Positions 10,716 through 19,452 are shown, numbered from the stretch's first letter. The stretch: DNA of 64,000 bases from Prochlorococcus sp. AG-402-K21 (GCA_003216775.1 QCII01000007.1:42682-106681), one strand, 5' to 3'. Notes: generated by a model not told the origin, from the sequence alone. Numbers and translations: made by a program.

Positions 10716-11571
10716 ATGCCTTTAAACAGAAAAAATTCTGACAAATTTAAAAATTGCTATTGTTGGTGACTGTCATGGTCAATGGTCTGAATTAGACTTG
10801 AAAGTTTTATCGATTATTAAACCAAATATTGTTTTATTTGTTGGGGATATTTCTGATGGGAGTGTCAAAATAATTAAAAAAATCAATGAGATCAGAATTC
10901 CTACTTTTGTGATTTTAGGAAATCATGATAGAGGGAAGGATTCTACAGGTGAAACTCTCTCAAAGCAGATTCGTGTTCTTGGTGAAAAATATTGTGCATG
11001 GGATCTGAAAGTTTTTAATAATCAAATAAATTTATTGTCTGCAAGACCATGTAGTTCTGGCGGCGGCTATTATCTTTCAAAAGAAGTTAAAGGTGTTTAT
11101 GGGCCTATCACCGAACAAGATTCAATAGATAAAATCATCAAATGTTCGGAAAAGACTTTAGAAGATATACCTCTAATAATTATGTCTCATGCTGGACCTT
11201 CCGGTTTGGGCTCAGAACCTAAAAGTATTTGTGGGAAAGACTGGAAATTACCCTCTTTAGATTGGGGAGATAGAGATTTGTGTGTGGCTATTTCTCAAAT
11301 ACAAAAGAAAAGAAAAGTTGATCTTGTAATTTTTGGTCATATGCATAATCGGCTTAAAAGAAATCTTGGTTTTAGAGAGATGTTTAAAATTGATAACAAA
11401 GGAACAATTTATTTCAACACTGCTGTAGTGCCAAGATATAAAACTGATGAAGAAGGGAAATTACTAATTAACTTTTCCTGGATTGAGTTTGATCAAAAGG
11501 AATTAAGACATGTTTCTCACCGATGGTATTCAGAGTCTGGTGAAATTTGTGAAGAAGATAAATTTTTTTAG
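10716..11571 (+). CDS. calcineurin-like metallophosphoesterase with ambiguous or frameshifted N-terminus
   Basis: GNHD, GHMHN and SHAGP motifs lie in the called ORF (10798-11571). The first metal-binding motif IAIVGDCHG lies in frame upstream of the called TTG start and has no ATG/GTG/TTG before it. An ATG at 10716 is one base out of frame across an A6 run (10730-10735). Confidence 0.7.
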
Positions 11572-11594
11572 GATTAGATATTTTTGATCATATT

Positions 11595-12392
11595 TTAAGT
11601 ATTTTTGGGATTTTCATATCTTGAAAATAATGTTTGAGATAAAATATAACCCGCAATTCCTGCTGCTGTAAAAGCCAAACCATTTTTAAATAATGGTAAT
11701 AAATCATTTGTTCTGGATATTATTGGTGCTAGACCAAAAATTCCGAATAACATTCCCCATAAAGGAGAAAGAAGAGCTAAAAATCCAATTGATATCACTT
11801 GACCTTCTTTTCGTGGTGCAGATGCGAAACCTGCTACTAAACCTCCAAGAATAGATGTACATAAAGTCCATATATATTGTTCTTTGGGTAGGCCAGGAAC
11901 AACTTGACACCCTCCTCTTTCAAGGCAAATCTTTACGGAATTAATTGCATCCAATACTGCGCCATCCTCACCGTGATCTTTCACATAATATTGATTACCA
12001 AATCTAGTTTGAAGTTCAACCCAAAATAACCTTGGCATAAAATTAAAATAAGCCTCTCCGACATTGAAGTTTAGTAAATTTCCTCCTCTAGGATCAGCAA
12101 CTATCAACAAACTTGTTTCATCTAAATCCCAATAGTCCTTTATTGCACTACCTGGAGAACTCTCAAACTGAGATAAATATTTAATTTTCCACCCACTTTC
12201 AATTTCAAGATTATTGAGTTTGTCTTCTAAAGATTTTTTCTGATTAGGGCTTAATGTTTTAGCTAAATCAATTACTGGTGTTTTTTCTTCTGGTAAGAGA
12301 TTTGGATTATTTATAGCGAAAACGGGTTTATGTGAAATTAAAACTAATATAGATAGAAATATTCCCAATAAATAGTTAATCTTTGAAGGCAT
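11595..12392 (-). CDS. TPM-domain (DUF477-like) protein with C-terminal membrane segments
   Basis: Signal peptide, then a TPM-like region (VIDLAKTLSPNQKKSLEDKLNNLE, LLIVADPRGG), then a hydrophobic C-terminus. Confidence 0.55.
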   Translation of the reverse strand: MPSKINYLLGIFLSILVLISHKPVFAINNPNLLPEEKTPVIDLAKTLSPNQKKSLEDKLNNLEIESGWKIKYLSQFESSPGSAIKDYWDLDETSLLIVADPRGGNLLNFNVGEAYFNFMPRLFWVELQTRFGNQYYVKDHGEDGAVLDAINSVKICLERGGCQVVPGLPKEQYIWTLCTSILGGLVAGFASAPRKEGQVISIGFLALLSPLWGMLFGIFGLAPIISRTNDLLPLFKNGLAFTAAGIAGYILSQTLFSRYENPKNT

Positions 12393-12423
12393 AAATAAGT
12401 TTTGTCTCTTTATATTTTCGCCG

Positions 12424-13614
12424 ATGAATAGCTTACCCGCGAATAATCCAGATTGGTTAGTAAAAAAAATAATAAAAATGGGTGGGACTATAAGTTTTTA
12501 TGACTTTATGAATTTTGTTTTAAATGATCCTATTAATGGTTATTATGGCAGCGGTAAAGCTGAGTTAGGCGTTCGAGGAGATTTTGTCACATCACCCTCT
12601 TTATCTGATGATTTTGCTTTTTTGGCTGGTAAACAAATAGAAGATTGGCTAATTCAGTTCAAAAATAGTTTTTTATCTAATCAGAAATTAGCTGTAATTG
12701 AATTTGGAGCAGGAGATGGAAGCTTTATGAGTGGATTAATTAAATATTTTTTAGAAAATAACAAGAATTTTTTGGAAGGAGTTTCTTTTGTAATTATTGA
12801 ACCTAATGAAGGGATGGTAGAAAAACAAAAAAATAAATTGGAGGAATTTTTAAACTTAGGTATTGATATTTTATGGAAAGGTTTGGAAGAAATAGAGGAA
12901 AATAATATTAATGGAATAGTTCTAGCAAATGAGGTTTTAGATGCTTTGCCAGTAGAGAGAATAACCTTCTCAAAAGGAAAATTACTTCGACAAGCAGTTT
13001 CTATAGACAAAAAATCTCATAAATTATTTTTTGATGAAATGCCAATTACAAGTGAATTGGGAAAAAGTATTGAACTTGCTAAAGGTGAGTTGGGAATTAC
13101 TATCCCGCCTGAAGATGCTCTTGAAGGATGGACAACCGAATGGCATGTAGATAACTCAAAATGGTTAGAAGGTATTTATGGAAAAATCAATAATGGTATT
13201 TTATTGATAATTGATTACGCTAAAGAAGCTAAAAAATACTATGACTCTAAGAATTCAGATGGGACGATAGTTTCTTATGAAAATCAAAAAATGATGAATA
13301 ATGTCCTAGATTCTCCTGGAAATTGTGATTTAACTTCTCATGTTTGCATAGAAACTTTAATTAATGATGCTGAGACTCTTGGATTTAATAGTGTTGGAAT
13401 AACTAAACAAGGAGAGGCTTTGTTGGCACTTGGATTAGCAGAGAGACTTTATGGAATTCAGAAGGAATTTAAGGAGGATTTATCAAATGCTCTTTTAAGA
13501 AGAGAGGCATTACTTAGACTCGTAGATCCTTTATGTCTAGGTGATTTTAAGTGGTTTGTTTTTAATAAGTTTAAGGAGAAGGAAATAAATATAAATTCAA
13601 TCTGTTTGCGTTAA
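12424..13614 (+). CDS. SAM-dependent methyltransferase, DUF185/MidA-like
   Basis: YYG...GDFVTSP N-terminal block and [13 protein letters not shown]-binding motif. Confidence 0.65.
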   Translation: MNSLPANNPDWLVKKIIKMGGTISFYDFMNFVLNDPINGYYGSGKAELGVRGDFVTSPSLSDDFAFLAGKQIEDWLIQFKNSFLSNQKLAVIEFGAGDGSFMSGLIKYFLENNKNFLEGVSFVIIEPNEGMVEKQKNKLEEFLNLGIDILWKGLEEIEENNINGIVLANEVLDALPVERITFSKGKLLRQAVSIDKKSHKLFFDEMPITSELGKSIELAKGELGITIPPEDALEGWTTEWHVDNSKWLEGIYGKINNGILLIIDYAKEAKKYYDSKNSDGTIVSYENQKMMNNVLDSPGNCDLTSHVCIETLINDAETLGFNSVGITKQGEALLALGLAERLYGIQKEFKEDLSNALLRREALLRLVDPLCLGDFKWFVFNKFKEKEININSICLR

Positions 13615-14702
13615 GAAAAAAACTTTAAAAATAATGAATCCTCTACGTCATCATATATATCTACTGCACCAATTTCTTTAGGTAATATAAATCTCATTTT
13701 GCCATCACGAACTTTTTTATCGCCCATAAGTATTTTAAGAACGTCTTCTTTATTTATTTTGGGAATTTCGGTAGGAAGATCGTAACTCCTCAAAAGATTC
13801 TTCTGCCTTTCTAATTCTTGTTGAGTCCATAACCCTTTCTCAATTGCTATTTCCCCCGCAATATTCATACCAATTGATATCGCCTCACCATGTAGAAATT
13901 TGCCGTATCCACATAAATTTTCAATAACGTGACCAAAAGAATGACCATAATTCAATATCGCTCTAACACCATTTTCATGTTCGTCTTGTGAGACAATATG
14001 AGATTTTGTTTTTATTGAACTATTAATTATTTTAATTAGATAATCATTCTTGAGATTTATAAGTTCATTCTTGTTTTTTTCAATTTCTAAGTATTCGAAA
14101 AGTTCTTTATCTCCTATTACTCCGTATTTTATTACTTCGGCCATGCCGGCATTAAATTCTCTTTTGGGTAAACTTTTTAAAGTTTCTGGATCAATAAAAA
14201 CTGCTTTAGGTTGATTGAAAGCTCCAATTAAATTCTTACCTTTTGGATGATTTACTCCTGTTTTTCCTCCCACAGATGAATCAACCATTGATAATAATGT
14301 TGTTGGAATCTGAATATATTCGATGCCTCTCAGCCAAGTAGCAGCTGCAAAACCACTTACGTCTCCAACAATTCCTCCTCCAAGGGCAATAATTATTGAA
14401 TTTCTATCTAAGCCAAATTCAAATGCAATATCATATATTTCACTTAAGGTTTTTAAGTTTTTATATGATTCTCCAGCTTTAATAAGAAACATTTTGGCCT
14501 GAAATTGATTATCTTTTAAATTATTTAAGAATCTTTCTCCATACAAATTTGATATTTCTTCATTTGAAATCACAAGTATTTTTCTATTCTTTGTTATTCC
14601 AATTTTTAAGAGTTCTTCGCTGATATTATTCAGTATCCCTGCTTCTAGAGTTACTTCGTATGACTTATCACCTAATGGGACTAATATTTTTCTCTTATTC
14701 AC
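13611..14702 (-). CDS. aroB: 3-dehydroquinate synthase
   Basis: [32 protein letters not shown] and LNYGHSFGH motifs. Confidence 0.92.
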   Translation of the reverse strand: MNKRKILVPLGDKSYEVTLEAGILNNISEELLKIGITKNRKILVISNEEISNLYGERFLNNLKDNQFQAKMFLIKAGESYKNLKTLSEIYDIAFEFGLDRNSIIIALGGGIVGDVSGFAAATWLRGIEYIQIPTTLLSMVDSSVGGKTGVNHPKGKNLIGAFNQPKAVFIDPETLKSLPKREFNAGMAEVIKYGVIGDKELFEYLEIEKNKNELINLKNDYLIKIINSSIKTKSHIVSQDEHENGVRAILNYGHSFGHVIENLCGYGKFLHGEAISIGMNIAGEIAIEKGLWTQQELERQKNLLRSYDLPTEIPKINKEDVLKILMGDKKVRDGKMRFILPKEIGAVDIYDDVEDSLFLKFFS

Positions 14703-14827
14703 AATTCATTACCTAGTTAAAATTTATAAATATTTGGTATTAAATACTTTATATATTAGCAAAATCTAAGCTCTAGATACTTAAAAATTCAGTTGTTAAG
14801 AATTAGAAATGGTAATAAAATCATGCT

Positions 14828-16018
14828 ATGAGTTTTAAAAAAAATATAAACGATATTAAGAAAAATTATTCCCTAGGAATAATTGGAGGTGGTCAACTGG
14901 CTTTGATGTTAACCGAGGCAGCAAAAAAAAGAGATTTAGAAGTATGTGTTCAAACAAAATCTTGTGATGATCCTGCTGGTTCAAAAGCAGATCATGTCAT
15001 AGAAGCTGATCCTTTAAAGATAAGAGGTAATAAATCATTAATTAATGAGTGTGAAAAAATAATTTTTGAAAATGAATGGATAAAAATTGATAAATTAAAT
15101 TTAATTGACAATAACGATATTTTTGTTCCAAGCCTTAATGCAATTAAGCCATTAGTAGATAGGTTTTCTCAAAAAAAATTAATAGATAGAATGAATATTC
15201 CCTGTCCAAAATGGATAAGTATTGAAGATTTTAAAAATCTCTCTGATGAGGAAATCAATAATTGGACTTTTCCTCTAATGGCAAAATCAAATAAAGGTGG
15301 ATATGACGGCAAAGGGAACAGAAAAATAAAGACAAAAGAAGATTTAGATTCTTTTTTAACAGAGAATAATTCTGATGAATGGTTAATAGAAGAATGGATA
15401 GAGTATGAAAAAGAACTGGCTCTTGTTGGTTCGAGAGATAGGACCGGTAAGATAAGATTCTTTCCAATAGTTGAGACATTCCAATCAAACCATGTTTGTG
15501 ATTGGGTTCTTGCACCTGGAACAAGTGAATATGACTTGAACTTATTTGCAATAAACATTTTCTCTTCAATAGTCAATGAACTTAATTACGTTGGAGTTTT
15601 AGCTATTGAATTCTTCTATGGAGATAATGGTCTTTTAATTAATGAAATAGCTCCTAGAACACATAACTCAGCTCATTTCTCTATTGAAGCTTGCACTTCA
15701 AGTCAGTTTGATCAATATGTTTGCATTTCTGCTGGGATAATGCCACCTGAAATTAAAATGAACTGTGAAGGAGCAATTATGATTAATCTACTTGGATTAA
15801 GAAAGAATTTCCCAATCTCAATGGAAACCAGAATTAAAATGTTATCTGAAATTGAGGGTTCTAATATTCATTGTTATGGTAAATCTCGCGAAATTCTGGG
15901 AAGAAAAATGGCTCATATCACATTTTTATTAAATGGTAAAACGCATTCAGAAAGATATGATGAGGCTCTAGCTTTATTAACTATGGTAAGAGACATTTGG
16001 CCATCTCCAAATGCATAA
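14828..16018 (+). CDS. purK: N5-carboxyaminoimidazole ribonucleotide synthase
   Basis: ATP-grasp protein: GIIGGGQLALM N-terminus, GGYDGKGN, EIAPRTHNSAH. Confidence 0.9.
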   Translation: MSFKKNINDIKKNYSLGIIGGGQLALMLTEAAKKRDLEVCVQTKSCDDPAGSKADHVIEADPLKIRGNKSLINECEKIIFENEWIKIDKLNLIDNNDIFVPSLNAIKPLVDRFSQKKLIDRMNIPCPKWISIEDFKNLSDEEINNWTFPLMAKSNKGGYDGKGNRKIKTKEDLDSFLTENNSDEWLIEEWIEYEKELALVGSRDRTGKIRFFPIVETFQSNHVCDWVLAPGTSEYDLNLFAINIFSSIVNELNYVGVLAIEFFYGDNGLLINEIAPRTHNSAHFSIEACTSSQFDQYVCISAGIMPPEIKMNCEGAIMINLLGLRKNFPISMETRIKMLSEIEGSNIHCYGKSREILGRKMAHITFLLNGKTHSERYDEALALLTMVRDIWPSPNA

Positions 16019-16034
16019 AAAAATAAGTTAGAGT

Positions 16035-16220
16035 TAGATTACTGGATCTTTGGTTAAGTTCTTCTTTATGTGCTCTGATCTGACTCTCTTTCGACATGAG
16101 GAGACTGTCGTGATGCGGTAGTAAACCGATCTTGTAATCGGAAACGAAAGCCCACTTTGAATCCTCTTCTGGCATTTCCAGGTCGATGCAGCAGAGAACT
16201 GACGGGGATCCGGTATTACC
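16035..16220 (+). ncRNA. ssrS: probable 6S RNA
   Basis: GC-enriched ORF-poor segment directly 3' of purK, which I recall as the conserved cyanobacterial ssrS locus. The hand fold gives a closing stem (GGAUCUUUGG.. with ..CGGGGAUCC), an internal GAGGAG/CUCUUC helix and an apical hairpin CCGAU-cuugua-AUCGG. Several pairs are G-U wobbles that only work on the + strand. Ends are approximate. Confidence 0.6.
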
Positions 16221-16325
16221 TATCAAAATGCTTGCTATAACAGGCTTTTGGTGGGTATTTAATTTTTAGGAATAACTGAGCTGTTTTATTCTCTATCAGT
16301 GTAAATAATTTATTTGCCAAAATAC

Positions 16326-16372
16326 TTGACGATCCATTTCTAATGTATTTATATTAGTAGTACACACGTATT
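16326..16372 (+). promoter_or_regulatory. sigma70-type promoter (TTGACG-18-TATATT) plus conserved AGTACA-N3-GTATT element, copy A
   Basis: -35 at 16326-16331, -10 at 16350-16355, conserved element at 16359-16372. Almost identical to the copy at 18775-18820. Confidence 0.5.
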
Positions 16373-16380
16373 ACTATGTA

Positions 16381-16680
16381 ATGACTTTAGGAGGAGCTAA
16401 TGTTTGGACTAATTTTTCTTACGGTTATCGTAATGAGTCCCCAAGTGGTTGGTTGCTTAGCCCAAACCGCAGCAGATTAATTTTATTTATAAGGAATAAA
16501 AAATCTCCAAGAAATAGTATGAGAATTTTTGCTCATACATATTATGCAAATGATCTTGGAAAACCAATGTCAATTAAATCATCCACTCAAATGTATTTGG
16601 ATGATGCTTGGGATAAATGGCATGACCTTCAATTAGAGGGTTGGACTTTTGAAGAACTTGAATTACCTGAATCAGTATGA
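16381..16680 (+). CDS. small island protein, paralogue A (possibly DUF1651-like)
   Basis: 99 aa, similar over its full length to the 18826-19116 product (GWL, KKS, LG.P..IK.S, W..L..GW). Confidence 0.6.
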   Translation: MTLGGANVWTNFSYGYRNESPSGWLLSPNRSRLILFIRNKKSPRNSMRIFAHTYYANDLGKPMSIKSSTQMYLDDAWDKWHDLQLEGWTFEELELPESV

Positions 16681-16817
16681 CTAACTTAAATCCAATCAAA
16701 AAGAAACTATCAAAAGCAGATAGAAAGATATCTATACAAGACCCATCAAAATTATTAGCAGAATTTTTTAATGGTATTGTCATTGAACTCGATGAAGAAT
16801 ATAAATATGACTCATAA
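16677..16817 (+). CDS. hypothetical 46-aa protein
   Basis: Hand-called. ATGA start/stop overlap with the upstream gene suggests translational coupling. Confidence 0.3.
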   Translation: MTNLNPIKKKLSKADRKISIQDPSKLLAEFFNGIVIELDEEYKYDS

Positions 16818-16959
16818 AGAATTGATAGATCAAGTTTCCGCAAATTTATTTAAGCAAAGTGGAAAGTTAGAAAGCAGAAGATCTTGGTTGGCAATGAGAA
16901 ATTATCTTGAACAATTAGATGCCGAACAACTTAAATCCATGCTTAAGGACCACGGATGA
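16807..16959 (+). CDS. hypothetical 50-aa protein
   Basis: ORF-track frame 16771-16959. The internal ATG at 16807 (MTHKELIDQ) overlaps the previous micro-ORF by 11 nt. Confidence 0.35.
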   Translation: MTHKELIDQVSANLFKQSGKLESRRSWLAMRNYLEQLDAEQLKSMLKDHG

Positions 16960-16969
16960 TTTAACAACT

Positions 16970-17083
16970 TTATTTAGTTTTTATTTTTTTCTTAATTCTT
17001 AGAAAACCATAAGTTGCAAAGCCAACCAAAAACATATCCAAGTAAATATGCCAAGTAGGAAAAATCTGGTGTATTAATTCCAT
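16970..17083 (-). CDS. hypothetical 37-aa single-TM peptide
   Basis: Hand-called. TAATG overlap with the stop of the ligase-like gene. Hydrophobic core LDMFLVGFATYGFL. Confidence 0.3.
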   Translation of the reverse strand: MELIHQIFPTWHIYLDMFLVGFATYGFLRIKKKIKTK

Positions 17084-17832
17084 TAACGTTTTATTGCCAC
17101 TTGCCAATAAGGATAATCTAAATTTGATTTTTCTCTAATCAATTGTAATTTTCTAGAATTTATTTTTACTACTATTCCATCTGTTGGATATTTACTAAAA
17201 AGCTTCCCTTCTAGCCATCGTTTTCTATATACTTCAACTTGGCTCGTAAAGTTGCATGAAATATCCTGAGGGATCGTGAAGCCAAGCTTTGAAAGACTCT
17301 TTTTGGACTCATATTGGTTAAGTGTTGAATTAAGTATTTGAAATGCGCAGAAGCTAACACTTTCAGAAAATCCTTCTCTAGCTCTTAGAAATCCAGAAGC
17401 GATTCTCTGGGAGATATTTGGACTTTGGTTGGGTGCGTATAATTCACCTCTAACTTGAAGAACTCCTCGTAAAGGGAGATTATTGGGAATGTCTTGGACT
17501 TTAATAAGTTTACTAGTAACCTCTGTCCCTTTTCTTGAAATTGCTTTCTCCAAGGTTCCATCCCTATATTGCAAAGCAACAGCACAACCATCAATTTTTG
17601 GTTCAATTAATAATCTGGTATCTGCTAATAATCCTTTCAAAAATTCATCTATTGAATCCTTTTCTAATGAAGGTAAAACTAGTTTATTTTTCTTTTTAAA
17701 GTAATCACAATTAGGGTTTGTTCTTAATAAATTTTTTTCAAGTTGGTCGAACTGCTTATCAGAGATTAAAGCATTACCATTTCTATAATTATCGTCATAC
17801 CATTCAATTCGTTCTTCTAAATAAGTCTTCAT
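17083..17832 (-). CDS. stand-alone NAD+-dependent DNA ligase adenylation domain (LigA Ia + NTase only)
   Basis: Ia-like WYDDNYRNGNALISDKQFDQL, motif I EPKIDG, motif III LQVRGELY, motif IV VSFCAFQI, motif V TDGIVVKINS. It ends at PYWQVAIKR, where the LigA OB domain would start. Confidence 0.75.
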   Translation of the reverse strand: MKTYLEERIEWYDDNYRNGNALISDKQFDQLEKNLLRTNPNCDYFKKKNKLVLPSLEKDSIDEFLKGLLADTRLLIEPKIDGCAVALQYRDGTLEKAISRKGTEVTSKLIKVQDIPNNLPLRGVLQVRGELYAPNQSPNISQRIASGFLRAREGFSESVSFCAFQILNSTLNQYESKKSLSKLGFTIPQDISCNFTSQVEVYRKRWLEGKLFSKYPTDGIVVKINSRKLQLIREKSNLDYPYWQVAIKR

Positions 17833-18039
17833 TTAATACGATGGCTTAAGTTTTTGGCTAGGTATCCAACTTGGTTTATCTATCATCCATTTTTCTCTAT
17901 CTTCATATTTAACAGTCCATAAAAGAAATGAAGAAATTTCTTTTAGAGTTATGCCAACCAAATATCTTGTTTTTGGACTTATTGATATAAATCCAAATAA
18001 TAATATTAATAAAATAAGTTTAAACATGCCTTTAATCAT
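17833..18039 (-). CDS. hypothetical small membrane protein (68 aa)
   Basis: N-terminal TM (FKLILLILLFGFISI). Its stop abuts the ATG of the ligase-like gene. Confidence 0.45.
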   Translation of the reverse strand: MIKGMFKLILLILLFGFISISPKTRYLVGITLKEISSFLLWTVKYEDREKWMIDKPSWIPSQKLKPSY

Positions 18040-18069
18040 TTAAAAACTCAGCGTAATTTTTCGAACTTT

Positions 18070-18327
18070 TTAATTAATGCAATTCTTATAACCTTCAATC
18101 TTTGCAAGTTCATCAATTTTCAAACCTGTTTCCTCTAGTAAAGTTTCTCCTATATCGTCCTTATTAAATTTAGTTAAAGCTCCTTTATTAGAGTACTTAA
18201 TACATTCGTTTTTGTATTTTGCTTCTTTTACAACAGGAGATAAATAAAAACCAAACAAGATGATAAAAGCTCCATAGGTTACAACTTTTCGATGGTTTTT
18301 CCACCATTCATAAAATTTATTGGACAC
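18070..18327 (-). CDS. hypothetical small membrane protein (85 aa)
   Basis: One TM (VVTYGAFIILFGFYL). Same operon-like run. Confidence 0.45.
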   Translation of the reverse strand: MSNKFYEWWKNHRKVVTYGAFIILFGFYLSPVVKEAKYKNECIKYSNKGALTKFNKDDIGETLLEETGLKIDELAKIEGYKNCIN

Positions 18328-18396
18328 GAAAAATAAATAATTAATTTCTATTTTAAATTGATTGTCAACAAATTACTTTAGTAGTTGAAGGATTGC

Positions 18397-18633
18397 TTAA
18401 TTTATTGTTTTTTCATTAATAGATTTAACCCAAGAATAATATCTTGATTTTCTAATCCTTTGCTCTTTTGAGACTAATCTATCCGCAGATTCTAGGGGTG
18501 ATTCTCCTTTCTCAACTTTTGTTGTAATAGATATACCAAAACCTTTTGCTTCAATTTTTGCAATGCCACCCTCTAAAAAAAATAAAAAAGACCAACCTTT
18601 GTTCCATCCTAAATAAAAGGGATTTCGATACAT
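18397..18633 (-). CDS. hypothetical protein (78 aa)
   Basis: First ORF of the minus-strand run. No recognised motif. Confidence 0.4.
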   Translation of the reverse strand: MYRNPFYLGWNKGWSFLFFLEGGIAKIEAKGFGISITTKVEKGESPLESADRLVSKEQRIRKSRYYSWVKSINEKTIN

Positions 18634-18774
18634 TGCATTATTTTGGATATACTCTTTAATGTTATTTTCCTTTTCAAGGCGTTACTTGTATACACTATTA
18701 CCAAATAAGAAGTTTACGGCTGATTATTTCTGGAAAAGTAATTTTAGTATTTAAATAATTACCTCGAGGAATAC

Positions 18775-18820
18775 TTGACGTCATAGAGTAGTACATTTAT
18801 ATTAATAGTACAACTGTATT
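18775..18820 (+). promoter_or_regulatory. sigma70-type promoter (TTGACG-17-TATATT) plus conserved AGTACA-N3-GTATT element, copy B
   Basis: -35 at 18775-18780, -10 at 18798-18803, element at 18807-18820. Same architecture and offsets as copy A. Confidence 0.5.
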
Positions 18821-18825
18821 GTTTT

Positions 18826-19116
18826 ATGACTTCAGGAGTAGCTAATGTTCGGACTTATTTTTATCGTGGCAGCCTTATTAACCCCCCAACTGGCTGGTTG
18901 TTTAACAAAAAAAGTGGTTTATTAATTTTTTTTGAGAGTTATAAGAAATCTGTATCTAATAACTTAAAAGTATATACTCATCTTTTCTATACAAATGAAT
19001 TAGGTGAACCAGCCCAAATTAAAAATTCAAGACTTCATTCTATTGAGTGTGCTTGTGAAACATGGAATGAATTAATCTCAGGAGGTTGGCAAATTGTTAC
19101 CAATAAATTCCAGTAA
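18826..19116 (+). CDS. small island protein, paralogue B (possibly DUF1651-like)
   Basis: 96 aa, paralogous to the 16381-16680 product. The first ~45 nt are near-identical at nucleotide level. Confidence 0.6.
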   Translation: MTSGVANVRTYFYRGSLINPPTGWLFNKKSGLLIFFESYKKSVSNNLKVYTHLFYTNELGEPAQIKNSRLHSIECACETWNELISGGWQIVTNKFQ

Positions 19117-19118
19117 TT

Positions 19119-19352
19119 ATGATCAAGGTAAATCCGTCAAAATGGGAATATCTAAAAGAATCTACCCTAAAACGAAAACGAACAAAGATTTGTATTACTT
19201 GCAATCACTTTCGCTACAGCACTACAGAAACTTTTGCTACTTTCTTGATCTGTCCAAAATACGAAAAACGCATACCACAGGGTGATCATTTACTTAAAGG
19301 TTGTGAGTATTGGCAAAAAAATAGGATCATATTTTCTCCTGAAGCATCCTAA
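19119..19352 (+). CDS. hypothetical Cys-rich (zinc-ribbon-like) protein, 77 aa
   Basis: CITC...CPKYEK...GC pattern. Starts 2 nt after the upstream stop. Confidence 0.45.
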   Translation: MIKVNPSKWEYLKESTLKRKRTKICITCNHFRYSTTETFATFLICPKYEKRIPQGDHLLKGCEYWQKNRIIFSPEAS

Positions 19353-19452
19353 TTATTCTCTAATTAAACTTCTCTAGGTAGAGATATTTAATTATGTAAA
19401 CAAAGCATTATTTTATACAACTTAAAAAATATTTTTTAAGTAATTTTGAAGC

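Noticed and set aside
15981-16226. 81-aa minus-strand ORF downstream of purK
   Set aside because: It overlaps the end of purK and the structured, GC-enriched segment that folds like 6S RNA on the + strand. The product has no membrane or motif features.
16350-16375. NtcA site (GTA-N8-TAC) in the twin promoters
   Set aside because: Several GTA triplets are present, but none is followed by TAC at an 8-nt spacing in either copy.
19094-19285. 63-aa ORF overlapping 19119-19352 in another frame
   Set aside because: The competing 77-aa frame starts 2 nt after the upstream stop and has a Cys-rich zinc-ribbon-like pattern. The 63-aa product is basic low-complexity sequence.
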